Of a stretch of DNA of 64,000 bases, positions 25,261 through 37,924 are shown piece after piece. The stretch spans positions 1 through 64,000 of the forward strand of contig JAAILG010000232.1 in NCBI GenBank assembly GCA_012026655.1, read 5' to 3'. Source of the stretch: Hydrolagus affinis. Lineage: Eukaryota. Both the position numbers and the translations under genes were made by a program. The notes under the pieces are model-generated. The model was not told the DNA's origin. It ran no database searches and was given only the letters and a program-made list of their open reading frames with translations. Numbering within the stretch: position 1 is the stretch's first letter; each line of letters starts with the position of its first letter.

Positions 25261-25347
25261 ATGTTCCGAGTATGCCGGACCCCACAGGATTTGATCCCGA
25301 TAAAGAGATACAGATTGTCCCCTATGCTGGGGGTTACCCACCCTCAG
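25261..25347 (+). CDS. PAPLN: Papilin exon 15, linker (DVPSMPDPTGFDP...)
   Basis: VPSM resembles the recalled mammalian linker; gtgagt donor; phase 1-1. Confidence 0.88.
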
Positions 25348-25544
25348 GTGAGTGGACCCTTCAGAACCTAGTTATAATAGTTAAGTCCAAATAATCTTTT
25401 TTAGCCAAGGGAATGCTTATTTTTCCAGCAATTAAATTCTTCCTCAAAGTCTTTATCATGATGTTGTCCTATTGCAACCAAAAGAGGGCGCTATTTATAT
25501 TTATAAAGTAAATTCACTTTACAGTATTATTCTGTATATCCTTA

Positions 25545-25845
25545 TGGGGGTTTCCTTACTTCACATGTCCCTGTTTACCTAGCAATAAGTAGGAACCTGG
25601 TTGTTAGTCAAATTGTGGATTGCTTTCCAAGGGGTAATTGCGTCTAAAATAAGTTAATTAAAATCTGGTCACTCAATCCCCTCAATTGTTTGTGGGACAC
25701 TGCTGTGCGCAATTGTCTGCTACATTTCAGCTGCAAAATACACAGTCATTTTAAAGTTAATCCACTTTACAGTATTTTCTGTGAAGTGTTTTGAGAGATG
25801 TCAACGGCGTGATAAACCAATATAAGAAATGTAAGGATTATTATT
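25545..25845 (+). mobile_element. SINE, 5'-truncated copy
   Basis: Same body and tail. Confidence 0.75.
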
Positions 25846-25939
25846 TGATGATTCACTGTGGTAAGGTGCAACAGATATGCAAGTTTCTTTTCGCTCCCCC
25901 TCTCATTCATGTTCATGTTTTTATATTTCAATCTGTTAG

Positions 25940-26243
25940 AGTGGAATCCTCGCCAGGATTACCTCCCGGGAAGAAGGGAGTCCAACCAGCTTCCTTCTCT
26001 GCCACATAGAAACGAATGGGAGCGGCCGACCTACTATCATTTTGTCCCTGAATCCAATTATCCGACTTCAGGAAGCGTTTCCAACCCATTGAGACCCAAC
26101 CCACCTCAGCCACGCCAGGAACTGCAGGCCCCCCCTCTGAATGATTGTACTGTGGAACCTTACGGCTGTTGCCCTGATGGCTTTGCCCCAGCTAGAGGAC
26201 CAGGGGGGCAGGGCTGCCCATCGATTCCATGCTACAAAAGCAG
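25940..26243 (+). CDS. PAPLN: Papilin exon 16, Pro-rich linker plus first CCPDG repeat
   Basis: DCTVEPYGCCPDGF...GCP papilin Cys-rich repeat. The acceptor at 25939 is inferred from phase. Confidence 0.87.
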
Positions 26244-26464
26244 GTAGTGAATAAATTGTTAGTGCAGCTTTACAGAGCAGAGTGCCTTCTGTCTGATGGG
26301 CCATGCAGGTTATGCGTTAAAACAGTTCCTTTTGGTATTTCTCCGTGTACTAAACAATGTAAACAGAAAATGCTTGGTGCCATGTCTATGCTGAGTTTAG
26401 CTGGGTAGGTGCCACAATTCTGTGGCATAGTAGTTACATCACTCTCCGGCCACAAGCGAGAGGA

Positions 26465-26760
26465 CTCAGGTGGGGCGAAACCTTAGGAAAGTTTCCTTAA
26501 TCCACACGCCTCTGTTTACCTCGCAGTAAGTAGGAACCCGGCTGTTAGTTGATTGATGGATTGTTTTCCAGGGGTACTTAATCCCTCAAAAAATAATGAT
26601 TTGGTTACTCAATTCACGACTATTTATGGGCCCACACTGCTGGGCACAATTGGCTGCTGCCCACAAAATATTCACTTTACAATATATTCTGTGAAGCGCT
26701 TTGAGATGTCTCAACGATCTGATAAGTCGCTATATCAAATGCATGGATTATTATTATTGC
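26465..26760 (+). mobile_element. SINE, 5'-truncated copy with longer body
   Basis: GGGGCGAAACCTT...CTCTGTTTACCT.GCAGTAAGTAGGAACC...tail. Confidence 0.8.
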
Positions 26761-27673
26761 AATTGGCCCTAGCTTTACTGGGCTAATCCTGATTACTGTC
26801 CTGTGATTTTCACTGGAATGTAAATGTAAATACAGACTTCGGATGAGGACTTGATCAAGCTGAGTTGTGATATCCTCCATCATATTTATCAGTGCCCATC
26901 ACATCTTGGATTGCTTTATAAAAGTATACATAGCGGTGGACTGGGGGTGGAAGAGGAAGTATCCATAGGCATGGTCAAAGAGATAGGGTTTAAGGTGTGA
27001 TTTAAAAATGGAGAGAGAGCAAAACAGAGGGAGTTTGTATCTGAAGTTTCTCCATTGTTGGATCACTGGACTCTATAACCTCGTGTGTGAAGAATAACTA
27101 CTTGGGTGAACCATCTTAGTGTTGCTGACACAGCAACCTGAGGAGAGGAAAATATTCGTCAATGAGTTGGGTGGTAGGGTACAAAGTAGCCAAAGTAATA
27201 TATGAAAGAAACTTAATGTAAGGCTGAGCTGCGTGTGGATGTACTTGTTCGTGTAAGAGCTTTGGGGCGGGTGGTGATTTTAATCTTTACCCTCTTTACT
27301 ATCTGTATCATGTCTCTACCTGCTATCCTTTTGTGAAATTGTCATTGTTTGTCAGAACACTTACTAAAAGCTTGCAGGAGGTGCAAAAGCACACAAGAAT
27401 AGACCTTATTACAGGGTAACCTTGATATAATGCCCCTCTGTATTAGTGCAGCTTCATTGTGGACCTGCACTAACTGAAAGAACAGTGCCACTGGCTTCCA
27501 GTTCTGACTAGCCAATGAGATACTGGACCAAAAGGACAACCTTGTAATGGAGTTGCACTGAAATGGCAACTTATCTTCTCTCTCAGCTGATTTCTTGCGA
27601 TGTTCAGTTTAACTGGTAAGCGATCCAGTATAAACGTATTCTGAATCATCATACAGATATTTTAATTGAACAG

Positions 27674-27779
27674 GTATGGATGTTGCCCTGATGGAGTGAC
27701 TTCAGCAAAAGGAAATGACCACACAGGGTGTCCGAGGCATCACACAGATCATCATAATGAAGATACCAGACGAACGTCT
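27674..27779 (+). CDS. PAPLN: Papilin exon 17 (RYGCCPDGVTSAKGNDHTGC)
   Basis: Second CCPDG repeat; gtaagt donor. Confidence 0.92.
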
Positions 27780-28860
27780 GTAAGTAACGCTTGCCTTTGG
27801 TAATACTGTGAGTTCCATTCTGCTGACCATTGTCTGTAACTTATGACATTTATCAATTGTGAATAACTTAAACATGCAACCCGATAGAGGTTAAATGCCT
27901 TAAACATGTGTTTTTTTGTTTGAGTTTTATTATATGGTTAAAGTGAGATTGCTATTGAAATGTTTCATTCACCATCGGTGTTAACCACCCACAAAGTGAG
28001 CAGCAGATCAGTGCGGATGAAGTCAGCTCACTAATAACACCTTGCTGTTGATCCCATGTGCCACCCCTGTACTTAAGGTCAATTTAAACTATTCTTAATA
28101 TCATTTTATTAATTTAGAGCCAGGAATTAGTTTGCTGTAACATTCATTGAAACATTAAGTCCACACACCATTATGCTTGCACCATATCCCTAGTGTAACC
28201 CTGCTGTAAACCACTGGATTACACTGAATTTGCCCCAAGACACTATAAACCAAATGTCCTGCCCTGAAGTTCAGGATTGAATGTGACAAGTACTGATTAA
28301 TCATAACTTAACTCAGTAAACATTCCCTATTTGATTCGGAACTAAATGCTATAGTTAACACTTTATATTTTGGTTTGAAGATCAGTTATAGCCATGTAGG
28401 AGATTTATAAATCGTAGTTGTTTATCAGATTTCATATATCATTGTTGGCAATGCAGGTGCCAGGTGCCTGTAATGACAGTTGTGGTCACTATTATGGGAT
28501 TATTGAGATGCTATTTCTTACATATCTACTGATTTGCATGTTTCAAACGCTTGATCTTCATGTGTCAGGGGTACAATCTCTTGGGATTATTAAAAAGGCA
28601 AGAGGAAGGATCGTTAGAACAGCATAGTTATTGACTCAAATTGAAAACTAAACCAGGTGCCCAAAGTATTTCTAAATACCAATATCAACTTTAATGTTTG
28701 TATTGTGATGAATATTGCTCTTGCCTCTTGTTTTTGTTGAGCACGTGCAAGACACCACCTAACAGAAATCAACTGATTGGAGACCACTATCATACTTTTT
28801 TTTAACAAAAGAATGATACAGATTTTCAACATAAATTCACTGCTCTCTCTGTGTGTGAAG

Positions 28861-28993
28861 GATTCCCATGTTTCGACTCAAGAAGAACCATCATCCAGTG
28901 AATGCCGAGGGTCTACATTCGGCTGCTGTCATGATGGGACTACTGCTGCATCAGGCCCCACTGGAGAAGGATGCAGGAATGTACCTTATTATC
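28861..28993 (+). CDS. PAPLN: Papilin exon 18 (SECRGSTFGCCHDGTTAASGPTGEGC)
   Basis: Third Cys-rich repeat; gtgagt donor. Confidence 0.9.
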
Positions 28994-29110
28994 GTGAGTT
29001 ATCTAACTATTTTGTTGCTTTGGAAATTTGCAATTTTAAAAAAAAAAACTTTGGATTATTCAACATAATAGAGCTATAGTAAATTATGGTTCAGATTCCA
29101 CCAAAACTGT

Positions 29111-29411
29111 GGAGTCCTGCAGCTCAGTGGTTAGAAAACTCGCCTTACAAGCGTGAGACCTGTGTTTCGAATCCAGGCAGGTCAGGGAGAAACCTTGAGC
29201 AAGTTTCCTTGCTCCACACGCCAAAAAAATCTGTAATAAAATTGGTCATTTCAATCCACAACTGTTGTGGGACACTGCTGTGCGCGATTGGCCACCACAT
29301 TTCATCCACAAATATACAATCAATTCACTCTACAGTATATTCTGTGAAGTGCTTTGAGATGTGTAGAAGACGTTAAAAGCACTATATCAAATGCAAGGAT
29401 TATTGTTATTA
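29111..29411 (+). mobile_element. tRNA-derived SINE, same family
   Basis: Head, body and tail align by eye with 943-1234. Confidence 0.85.
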
Positions 29412-29699
29412 TATCTGATCGACTGTCTTTTTCCATGGTCACCCCACTCAGCACCTTGGGCATCTCTGCTTTATGTGCCATTTCGTCTGGGTTGCTTTAT
29501 TATTGCCTCTCTCACCAGTCATATAAGTTCTGTACTATAGAGAACTTGAAATTGTACTTTTAGGATAAAATAGACTTGTCAATTGGACGGCGAGTAAATT
29601 TCTTTTAATTTAAGGAACATCACTTGTGTTGTTTGCTTTGCACTCTGCAAAATACACCTAAGACGTTGCTATTGTTTTGAATGTTTATTTTTTACATAG

Positions 29700-30039
29700 C
29701 TTACCCAACTGGGTGCCTGATGCCAAGTGCCAATGGCCCATGCACTGACTGGGTGGTCGGTTGGTTCTTTATCGCCAATGCTGGGGTTTGCAACCGTTTC
29801 TGGTATGGAGGATGCCACGGGAACAAAAATAACTTCCAGACAGAAGAAGAGTGTCTGAGCAAATGCAAGAGATCAAGCTCCCAGAGTGTTCCTGTCAGCA
29901 CAATGGATGGAATACCCCAGAGTTGGCTGCCTCATTTTGAAGAGATAAACAACGAGCGTGAGCCACTCTCTCCTGTGAGACCCGGGGCTTCAATAAACCG
30001 ATTTCAACCTCAACCTCAACCAGAGCAGCCTGTGTACAG
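29700..30039 (+). CDS. PAPLN: Papilin exon 19, Kunitz domain plus linker
   Basis: C..GPC...[19 protein letters not shown]...C Kunitz signature. Confidence 0.95.
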
Positions 30040-30191
30040 GTAATCTTACAAGTGTTAATTGCAGCTCAGACATTGTATTCTGGACTGTGCTGAGTTAGCT
30101 GTTGTTGGGTTGGGAGAGGGGAAGCAAAATCAGCAGTGACTCCTGATCACTACCCAGCCAGTGATCTCCACTGGAAAACCCCACCTCTATA

Positions 30192-30450
30192 AACAACAAA
30201 AAAATTGCACTTATATAGTGCCTTTCATGTCGGGAGGACGTCCCAAAGCGCTGAACAGTCATGTGGGACCCGAGCGGGGACTGGGAGGGTCGGGGTAGGG
30301 GGAAGGGGAAGGAGAGTGGGAGAGGGGGAAGAGATAGTCGGAGAGCCAAAGGCGCAGTCAAAGAGGAAGGTCTTGAGACCGTGTTTGAAGGAGGAAAAGT
30401 GGAGGGGCTGCAGGATGTGTTCCACAGTGTGGGAGCATAAACATTTGAGT
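30192..30450 (-). mobile_element. L2-derived 3' fragment
   Basis: Reverse complement of the 62870-63072 tail family. Similar pieces lie at 57190-57370 and 62370-62440. Confidence 0.7.
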
Positions 30451-30687
30451 GTCCACCACAGTCAAATAACCTGTTGTCTGTGGGGGGATAGAGAAAAAAT
30501 TACCTCCATACAAATCGAGTAGAGAAAATCTTCAAAACATAGAAGTGAATCAACCTATTGAGTCCTATAGCTAATAATGCTGCTTTTCAGTGTTGCAATA
30601 TGTGTAATTACTCAAGGGGTACAACTCCTTTACCAATGAAGATGATTAGAAACAGTTGTCTGGATATAATGATTCTCCTCGTTATAG

Positions 30688-30825
30688 GTTGAATATAGAA
30701 AGACGTGATCCCTCATCTGTGGATGCAAGTCCGGAGCAAACAGCCAAGTTGCTCTGCAGGTCCGATGCTTCTCCCTCTCAGAGTGTTGAATGGCGCAAAG
30801 ATGGGAGGACGATCTACTCACCAAG
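30688..30825 (+). CDS. PAPLN: Papilin exon 20, Ig domain A N-half
   Basis: VDASPEQTAKLLC...VEWRKDG I-set pattern; phase 2-2. Confidence 0.9.
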
Positions 30826-31547
30826 GTTGGTACCTCTGTTCATCCTAAATGCGGTTTCCAATTTTGGGGTAAAAGTGCACCAAACGTGGATGATTTTACG
30901 GCTCATTGAACTCCTCTCTCACCTTCATAAACTGTCCAGTGGCTTTCCATGGATGAGCTTTGCATGATCTCGGGCATTACAAGGACCCCACGTTCTACAT
31001 TGCATTTTGGCCATCTAACAGCGGGTGACGTTAGAGCCAGAAAAGGCCAATAACAAAGGCAGAATCAGCTGGGATTTTTGAAAGGAGAAATTATGGGGGG
31101 AAGTAAAGGTACTAAGATGTATGGAAAAAGGCAAGACGTCGGATTGAATGCCATAATATGCATTCATAATGCAAGGAGTGTTATTCATGAGTGAGAAGAA
31201 AATCAAGTGGGTACGGAGTGGGATTATGATGGTAGAGGCTCATGCACAGTATATAAAAAATAGTTGGACAGATGTATTATGTAAAAATACAACACAATTA
31301 CACTTGTATAGTGCCTTTCACGTCAGGAGGATGTCCCAAGGCACCGGGTACTAAGATGTATGGAAATAAAACTACATTACCTGATCACACCCAATGGCCT
31401 ATTCAGGTAATGTCCTTTTATGTAGTTTTACATAATAGGCTTGCAGGGAGATCCTTTGTTTGTTTTGTTTCTGGAGGTCAGGGATTGATAAATGTTGGAG
31501 AGGGAATAATTTGACCTCTCTTGACTGTCGGTGTGTACCATCTTCAG

Positions 31548-31675
31548 GCACACCACACATTCAGATGGCTCACTGGTGATCAGTCGGGTCACAGAATCAG
31601 ATGCTGGATCGTACACCTGCCACGTCTCCAATGGACGGGATCAGGATTTCCGTCACGTCAAGCTCAATGTTCAAG
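31548..31675 (+). CDS. PAPLN: Papilin exon 21, Ig domain A C-half
   Basis: DGSLVISRVTESDAGSYTC motif. Confidence 0.93.
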
Positions 31676-33567
31676 GTACTGTTAGCACCAGGAACCTGTA
31701 CTGTAAGTATTGGTCAACGATGATCCCGAAAAAATATTCTTTTAATGGCAGATTTTTATAAATGGATTTATTTTCTAAATATCTTGCTAGCACATTATTT
31801 AATTTTAAAACAAAAAAATCTGGTAAGATTACATTTGATTCCTTTTGGAGCTGTTCAGTCTCTGATGCAGTAACAATAATGTGATGGTCACTGTGTTCCA
31901 GTAATATTACTCATGTTCATAAATTGATAAGAAATCCCCATGTTATCATTTCTATAAATAGCCTGGTCCTGTTGGTAGCTTCTTTAATGACATGGTTTAA
32001 CATTTTGAGTTTTTAAAAATGTTCTCCTCTCCTGAAGACACTGAAATCTGTTTCTACAGACACAGGAACCTTCTGAGCCCCAAACACAAGTACTCATTCT
32101 TCAAGTTTCCTTATTAAGATTATTTAACCTTATGTGCAGTCTGATCTTCGTTAATTTTCAGGCACATGCATTTTGCATAGAAATCCTGAATAGCAATTAG
32201 GGCGGGAAACAAATACTGTTTTGGCTGAAATCACTTAACTTTGTGTAAACTAGGAATTTAACTTTTCTGGACAAAACTATTGCAATAACTTTATCAGCAA
32301 GTCAGTCCCAGTTGCTTGTTTCTGGGTTTATGATCAGCTGTTGAGAATGATCCAGAGCTGTATTAAACAGCTCATAAAACCTCAATTTCCCACCGTCTTA
32401 TGGCCCAATCATTTGTTCACTTAGATACAGAATGGGTAAATTGGTTTTCTACTGTGTCATGTTGCTTTACAGTTCTGTGTACATTGAGATGGAATTCATT
32501 GCAATGGCTCAGCTTAGTAAAATACACAGCTTTAAGCTAATACATTATTTGAATGCAGTAATAACAAAATGGAACTAACCTAGTTACACTCCTGATGATC
32601 TTGTGCTTGGTGTGTTAACTAATTTTTTCTTTTCATTAACTAACGACTGGTCATAGAGGTGATGTTTGGGATAAAACTGATTTGAGTATTTGTCTGACTA
32701 ACTCGTGTCTATCAACCATCATTATCTGATGAAAAAAAATATAAGTTAGAAGAATACCCCTCACTTGACATCAGTGTTTTCACAGTAGCTGTTTTTTTTC
32801 CACTTGGATTTCTCTCTGCAGTCTTTTGCTCCAGGAATGTACCAGGCAGCTGCATTATTGAAGCTATTCACATGAGGTAGCAAGAAGCTGTACACTGCCA
32901 GTCTTTTGAAGCTATTTTAGCTGCTTCCTTGTAGATATCCCCCCCACCGCCCCAACCCTTGGTCTTCTGAACACTGACTGTAGGTAAGAGGGACAGCTAG
33001 CAAGCTTCTTCCAAGTGTCACTTTCAGCCTCGTGCAAGTAAATGTGAAATCACAGGCCTAGAGTAACTCATGATTTCCCTCTCATTTCTTCCCCTTTCCA
33101 ACCCATGGTATAGTAGCTGCTCCCAGAATAAGGCCTTGTTAGCAACATGGCTAGGAATGTAAGTTTAGTTGACTTGGGTGTGGCTGAGCACCAGGTGATG
33201 TTTTATTCTACTTCAAGAGGCTTCAAATGGCTGACACAGCCATGATGAAACTCATAAGAGGTCTCCAGCCATGGTCATTAATCGCGGTTGAAATTCATAG
33301 TAGAGAGACTCCCAATATTTGGGCAGCTCGGTATATAGGCAATTTGTAAAATGTAAATGTTTCTACTGATTGAAATCTGTGAACAGTGAAGTCAAGTGAG
33401 TTTTCTTGTCCAATTAATTACTTTTTTTTGCCTTAATAAAACAAAAAAAGGAAATTCAGGCCACTTTTTCTGACCCAAAAGCTTGAATGATGTTTGACGG
33501 ACCATGCATTTCTATTGCGTTTATTTCCCTGGGGAATTTGGGTATTCATTCTCTCTTCTGTGTCCAG

Positions 33568-33846
33568 CGGCTACTTACATTCGTCCAGGTTTATCTGTTG
33601 TTGAAGCTCGGGTTGGGTTCTCTGCTCAGTTGCCTTGTCGGGCTGAAGGAGTGCCGAAACCGGAGGTGTTTTGGGAAAGGAATGGTGCACGGCTGGGAGC
33701 AGTAGCGAGGCCTCGCCTCACTCAGCTGGATGACTACTCCTTGCGGTTCACTGCGGTAGTGCCTGGTGATGCGGGAGAGTACGTCTGTGTTGCTCACAAT
33801 AATGCAGGGCCTAAGCAAAGGAAGGTGGTGCAACTTAAGGTCAAAG
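33568..33846 (+). CDS. PAPLN: Papilin exon 22, complete single-exon Ig domain B
   Basis: LPCRAEGVPKPEVFWERNG...DAGEYVCVAHN; 279 nt, phase 1-1. Confidence 0.9.
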
Positions 33847-34837
33847 GTTTTTATGATACCAATTTACACATTTTAAATACCTGTAAATCTTGATGAATTG
33901 TTTTGTGAACATACCCAGTTTGTGTTACTCAAATTCCAACTTTAACCAGATATGATGAACAAATGGTTTGTCCAGATGTCACTCTATTTCAACTTTTTTT
34001 TTCCTCTCAAAAATATTCCCTGCATGAAGTGAATCACTTTATTTATCAAAGCACTTGGATGGTATATTGGTGCAATATTAATGAAAAATTTCCTGTTTTG
34101 TTTTAAAATGGTATCAATTCTCCTCCTTCCCAACCTAGCTGATACACCCGAGGTTTAACTTACCGCAGAATAGATGAGAGGCTGGGTTGAATATAAATAT
34201 TTGACTATTGCACACTGTTAGGCCATTCCAATCTTTCCATTCTTTATTAGAAGGAGGTGAAGACAGACTTTAGGAAGGTTTTAGGAAGAATCCTTCCCTT
34301 TCTTTTAAGTTCTATAACTTAATGCTAGATAGAGGACTTGCTATGTTTAATAAACAAACTGGGTCTGTTTTAAGAATTTTAAAAAGTTTTATGCATTTCG
34401 GGATATGTCTTTTATTCTCTTCCCTGCCTTCCCAACATAGTTTCTGTCTTATTTTCTCTCCAGTATCTGACTAGTTTCACTGAGTCAGTTGAGATGTGTG
34501 GAAAGTATTCAGCTAGGGGCAAGCTCAATCCTCAACAAATGGATCTCCCAGAAGGGTCATTGGCTGAAAATCCCTGACTCAATTTTATCCTCCTTCCTGT
34601 CCTAACCTGTTGAATGTTTCAATACTTAAGTGGTTTATTGAATTTTGTATCTATGAAATTTGAAAATTCAAATATTACATACAGGCTTGACTTCTTTACT
34701 TCAGTTGTTAATTTTTTTGTCTTATAAGGCAAAAGTACTTTGTCTGTATAATTTATAAAAACAAATAGTAGCATATTCTTTTCTGGAGAAAAACAATTCA
34801 TTTGAAGGTACTCATTCTAAGGAAGACTGTCACCTAG

Positions 34838-34954
34838 TCACAGTGTAATTTAGCTGATACAATGATATAATTTTACTCTCTAGCATAAAAAGTGCAATCA
34901 CAGTGTAACTTAGCTGTTACAATGATATAATTCTACTCTAGCATAATAAGTGCA
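34838..34954. repeat. Tandem duplication, about 60-nt unit x2
   Basis: TCACAGTGTAA.TTAGCTG.TACAATGATATAATT... starts at 34838 and again at 34898. Confidence 0.9.
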
Positions 34955-35051
34955 GATTGCTTCTTTCCTATTTCCTCCCCCCAATTCAGAACCGAGAAGT
35001 GAGCACATTTAAGAGGAACATGTTAACCTAATAAGTTTTGTTTTCATCCAG

Positions 35052-35160
35052 GGGAACTGAAGATTACATCACCTCCAGATGATCTTCAGATTGGTGAAGG
35101 GAAAACGGCCAGGTTTCCATGTGTGGTGTCTGGTAATAATGTCACTGTACGGTGGACAAG
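35052..35160 (+). CDS. PAPLN: Papilin exon 23, Ig domain C N-half (GELKITSPP...ARFPCVVSGNNVTVRWTR)
   Basis: Ig B-strand Cys and C-strand Trp; AG/GT boundaries. Confidence 0.92.
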
Positions 35161-35650
35161 GTAAAAGAATATCCACACTATTTGCAAGTTAGTGTTGATG
35201 TTTGAAATTTTCACCCAGTTCCTTATGATAAACATGTGTCAGTATTTACTTTTCTCTTCATACAATGGAACATTGCCCTATTGCAAGGTATGATCAGTCA
35301 ACAACAGAGTTCAGATTTAGGCAGGTCAATGGTAAGCTGGTGTGAGCATTCCACTTATAGAATAATTAGGTCAACACCTGCCCCATCCGCCCCCAAAAGA
35401 TAATACAGCATTTTTAATGAACATATGTATAGAATAACAAAAAGGAACAGGCAGGTACCCTCCAATGCTTTGTCAAGTTGGAACTTGATCCTGAAAGAGA
35501 TTCAGAGGGATTGTCAACAGCGTTACACTTGAGTAATTTGAGATCAGATAATTCAACAGAATGAGTGTCGAAAATGGGAGTTTCTCAATCTTTAGGACTC
35601 TTTTTACTCAAGGTTATGTAGTCACTGAAATACTTTTTTTTCTAATGTAG

Positions 35651-35811
35651 AAATGGAATTCCTCTGCAGACTGATGGTCAGCACATCTACATTTCGCAGG
35701 AAGGTACCTTGGTATTAAATGATGTTCAGCGTGAAGATTCTGGTACTTACACCTGCAACGCCTACAGCGGCTCACACTCTGTTAGTGCAAATGCAGAACT
35801 GATAGTCACAT
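35651..35811 (+). CDS. PAPLN: Papilin exon 24, Ig domain C C-half (NGIPLQTDG...EDSGTYTCNAY)
   Basis: DxGxYxC motif; gtgagt donor. Confidence 0.93.
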
Positions 35812-37317
35812 GTGAGTATATCTAAAGCATTAATGGTTAACAAGACTATATTAGAAATTAACTCTTCCTCCAGCTGAGAAGGTAGGAAGGACATCAAACT
35901 GGATTGTGTAACTACTCATTGGATTAAAAAGCCACATCTATTCCATTAGTAATTTATAGGATGCAATAATAGTGTCACAGAATTGCCTGCTTATTGTCTC
36001 TCCTGGGAGAGGATGGTAATGAACAAACAAAATAAGGAAAATGTTTCTGAATGAAACATTCATGTGAAATTCTGTGTTTGTTCAATCTAATCACTGTAAT
36101 GATCTTGTAACTTTTATAAAGTACATCTTAAATACAGATAATCTTAAATACATCAAGTTAAAATGTTTTCTTGCGGCAACCTGTACATATTTACTACTTG
36201 CCATTTTCATGTTTGGACAGTTTTCAAATACATTTCCAGCATCCTCTAGAAATTTGTCTAATGTAAACAGTGCCTATTATGAAGCTAGGCAGGCCTACTA
36301 CTCCTTCCTTTGTTGTACTGTTGCTGTTTCAAGTCTTGAACTACATCCTACAACAGCTACCGTGAACTGAACCAATAATTGCAGAGATTAGACTGGATAG
36401 ATGAGTCATCATATTACTTAATCAAGTTTGATTTCCACCTATGGTACTATATCTGTCGGAATTGGACCTGGTGTAGGAAACAATTCCATTTTACTTTTCC
36501 CCACAAATTGGATAGTGGATTCAGTCTTATCCTTAGCAACACTTTAGGTCTATTTTGAATACCAGAAATGTCACTTTATTTGAAGGATGATCAATCCTGG
36601 GAAGCAAAGAAACATTCAATATGTAGGAAATTAGGTCACACACGAGAGCATTAACTACCATCGAGACTAATATTTAAAATAGCGTGATACGATGAGTGTT
36701 TGATAAATCATTAAACAGTTCATTTTAATCATATTTTGCCAGAGCTTTCCAATTTCTGACCAGAAGGCAACCCCTTTTTTAAATCATGTAAATTTCAGAG
36801 AGTATGCACACTCCAGATAGGAGAACTTTCAGGTGGAGGTGGCATGAATATATAGAGCTTGTCTGTTTTAGATACTGTACAGATTTGTGTTGGGTTTCTA
36901 TAAGTGGCTGACACCTAAAGACCACTTTGCAGTTTAAATTAGTTCACATTTAAAAAAAGCTGAAGACTAAAAATAAACGTAACCCTGGCATGTAATTTGC
37001 TGTTACCATGGCTCAGTCAAGATGCTCACACATCAATTTTAAAAGATGAGCAGTAAACCAAAAAGGTGAGTAGTTTTCAGTCAATATTTAATTTCTTCAC
37101 TTTAGTACTTGCAAATGGTTTTACACTCAACATTTGTTAGACTGATGATAGAAGTGATGAATGTTTAATTACATGCAATATTTCAAACTTACACTCTGCA
37201 TAGATGGTAATTCAATTGTACTGTCAGCCATGATTTGCATTAACAATGAAACAGTTACTGTGCAAATCTGGAAAAAAAAAATGATGGCTATTATTATAGG
37301 CTATTATTTGTCATTCT

Positions 37318-37614
37318 GAAGTCCTGTAGTTCAGTGGTTAGAGCACTCGCCTTGCAAGCGAGAGATCTAGGTTTGATTCCAGGCAAGGGGCGAAACCTTG
37401 GGTAAATTTCCTTACTCCACAGGCCTAATAATAATCCTTCAAAAAAAATTGGTCAATTCAATCCATGACTGTTTGTGGGACACTGCTGGGCTCAATTGGC
37501 TGCTGCGTTTGCCCACAAATATACGGTCAATTCACTTTACAGTATATTCTGTGAAGCGCTTTGAGACGTCTAGAAGACATGAAAAGCGCTATATCAAACG
37601 CAAGGATTATTATC
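37318..37614 (+). mobile_element. tRNA-derived SINE, same family, well preserved
   Basis: Full head to the AAAAGCGCTATATCAAA.GCAAGGATTATTAT tail. Confidence 0.85.
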
Positions 37615-37742
37615 ATTTTCATTCAGTCAAATGCCTACCGTCTACCAAACGTGGAAAGAGACTTCACCATTTGACTTTTTAAACCTTAAAATAACTTCTA
37701 AGAGTCAGAATAAAACCATTTTCTCATATTTTTAAACTCCAG

Positions 37743-37924
37743 CTCCCACAGCAGTAGTGCAACCTGCAGCCCATGGTGCGGTGTGTGCTGATCAGCCAGA
37801 GCTGGCTAATTGTGATCTCGTAGTGCAGGCCGACCTCTGCTCCAATCTGTACTACTCCAGCTTTTGCTGTGCGAGCTGCTCCAGAGGCAGGTCACATAAC
37901 AGCCATCTCCAGCGGCAGGGATAG
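37743..37924 (+). CDS. PAPLN: Papilin exon 25, PLAC domain and stop
   Basis: CADQPELANCDLVVQADLCSNLYYSSFCCASC followed by TAG. Confidence 0.95.

Larger units (their letters stand above)
1744..37924 (+). other. PAPLN: Papilin gene span (25 coding exons, about 1262 aa)
   Basis: Hand-assembled GT-AG exons with matching phases sum to 3789 nt. Domain order is SP-TSR-ADAMTS cassette-TSRs-Cys repeats-Kunitz-Ig x3-PLAC. The gene lies tail-to-tail with NUMB, as at the human PAPLN-NUMB locus. Confidence 0.96.

Noticed and set aside
29340-30260. Inverted retroposon tails flanking the Kunitz exon as a skipping/circularisation device
   Set aside because: Complementarity is short (about 50 nt) and imperfect, and the exon is phase 1-2, so skipping would frameshift.
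30656-30687. Upstream extension of exon 20 (SGYNDSPRYR)
   Set aside because: The TAG acceptor at 30687 gives the correct phase after VYR, and I found no better in-phase acceptor upstream.
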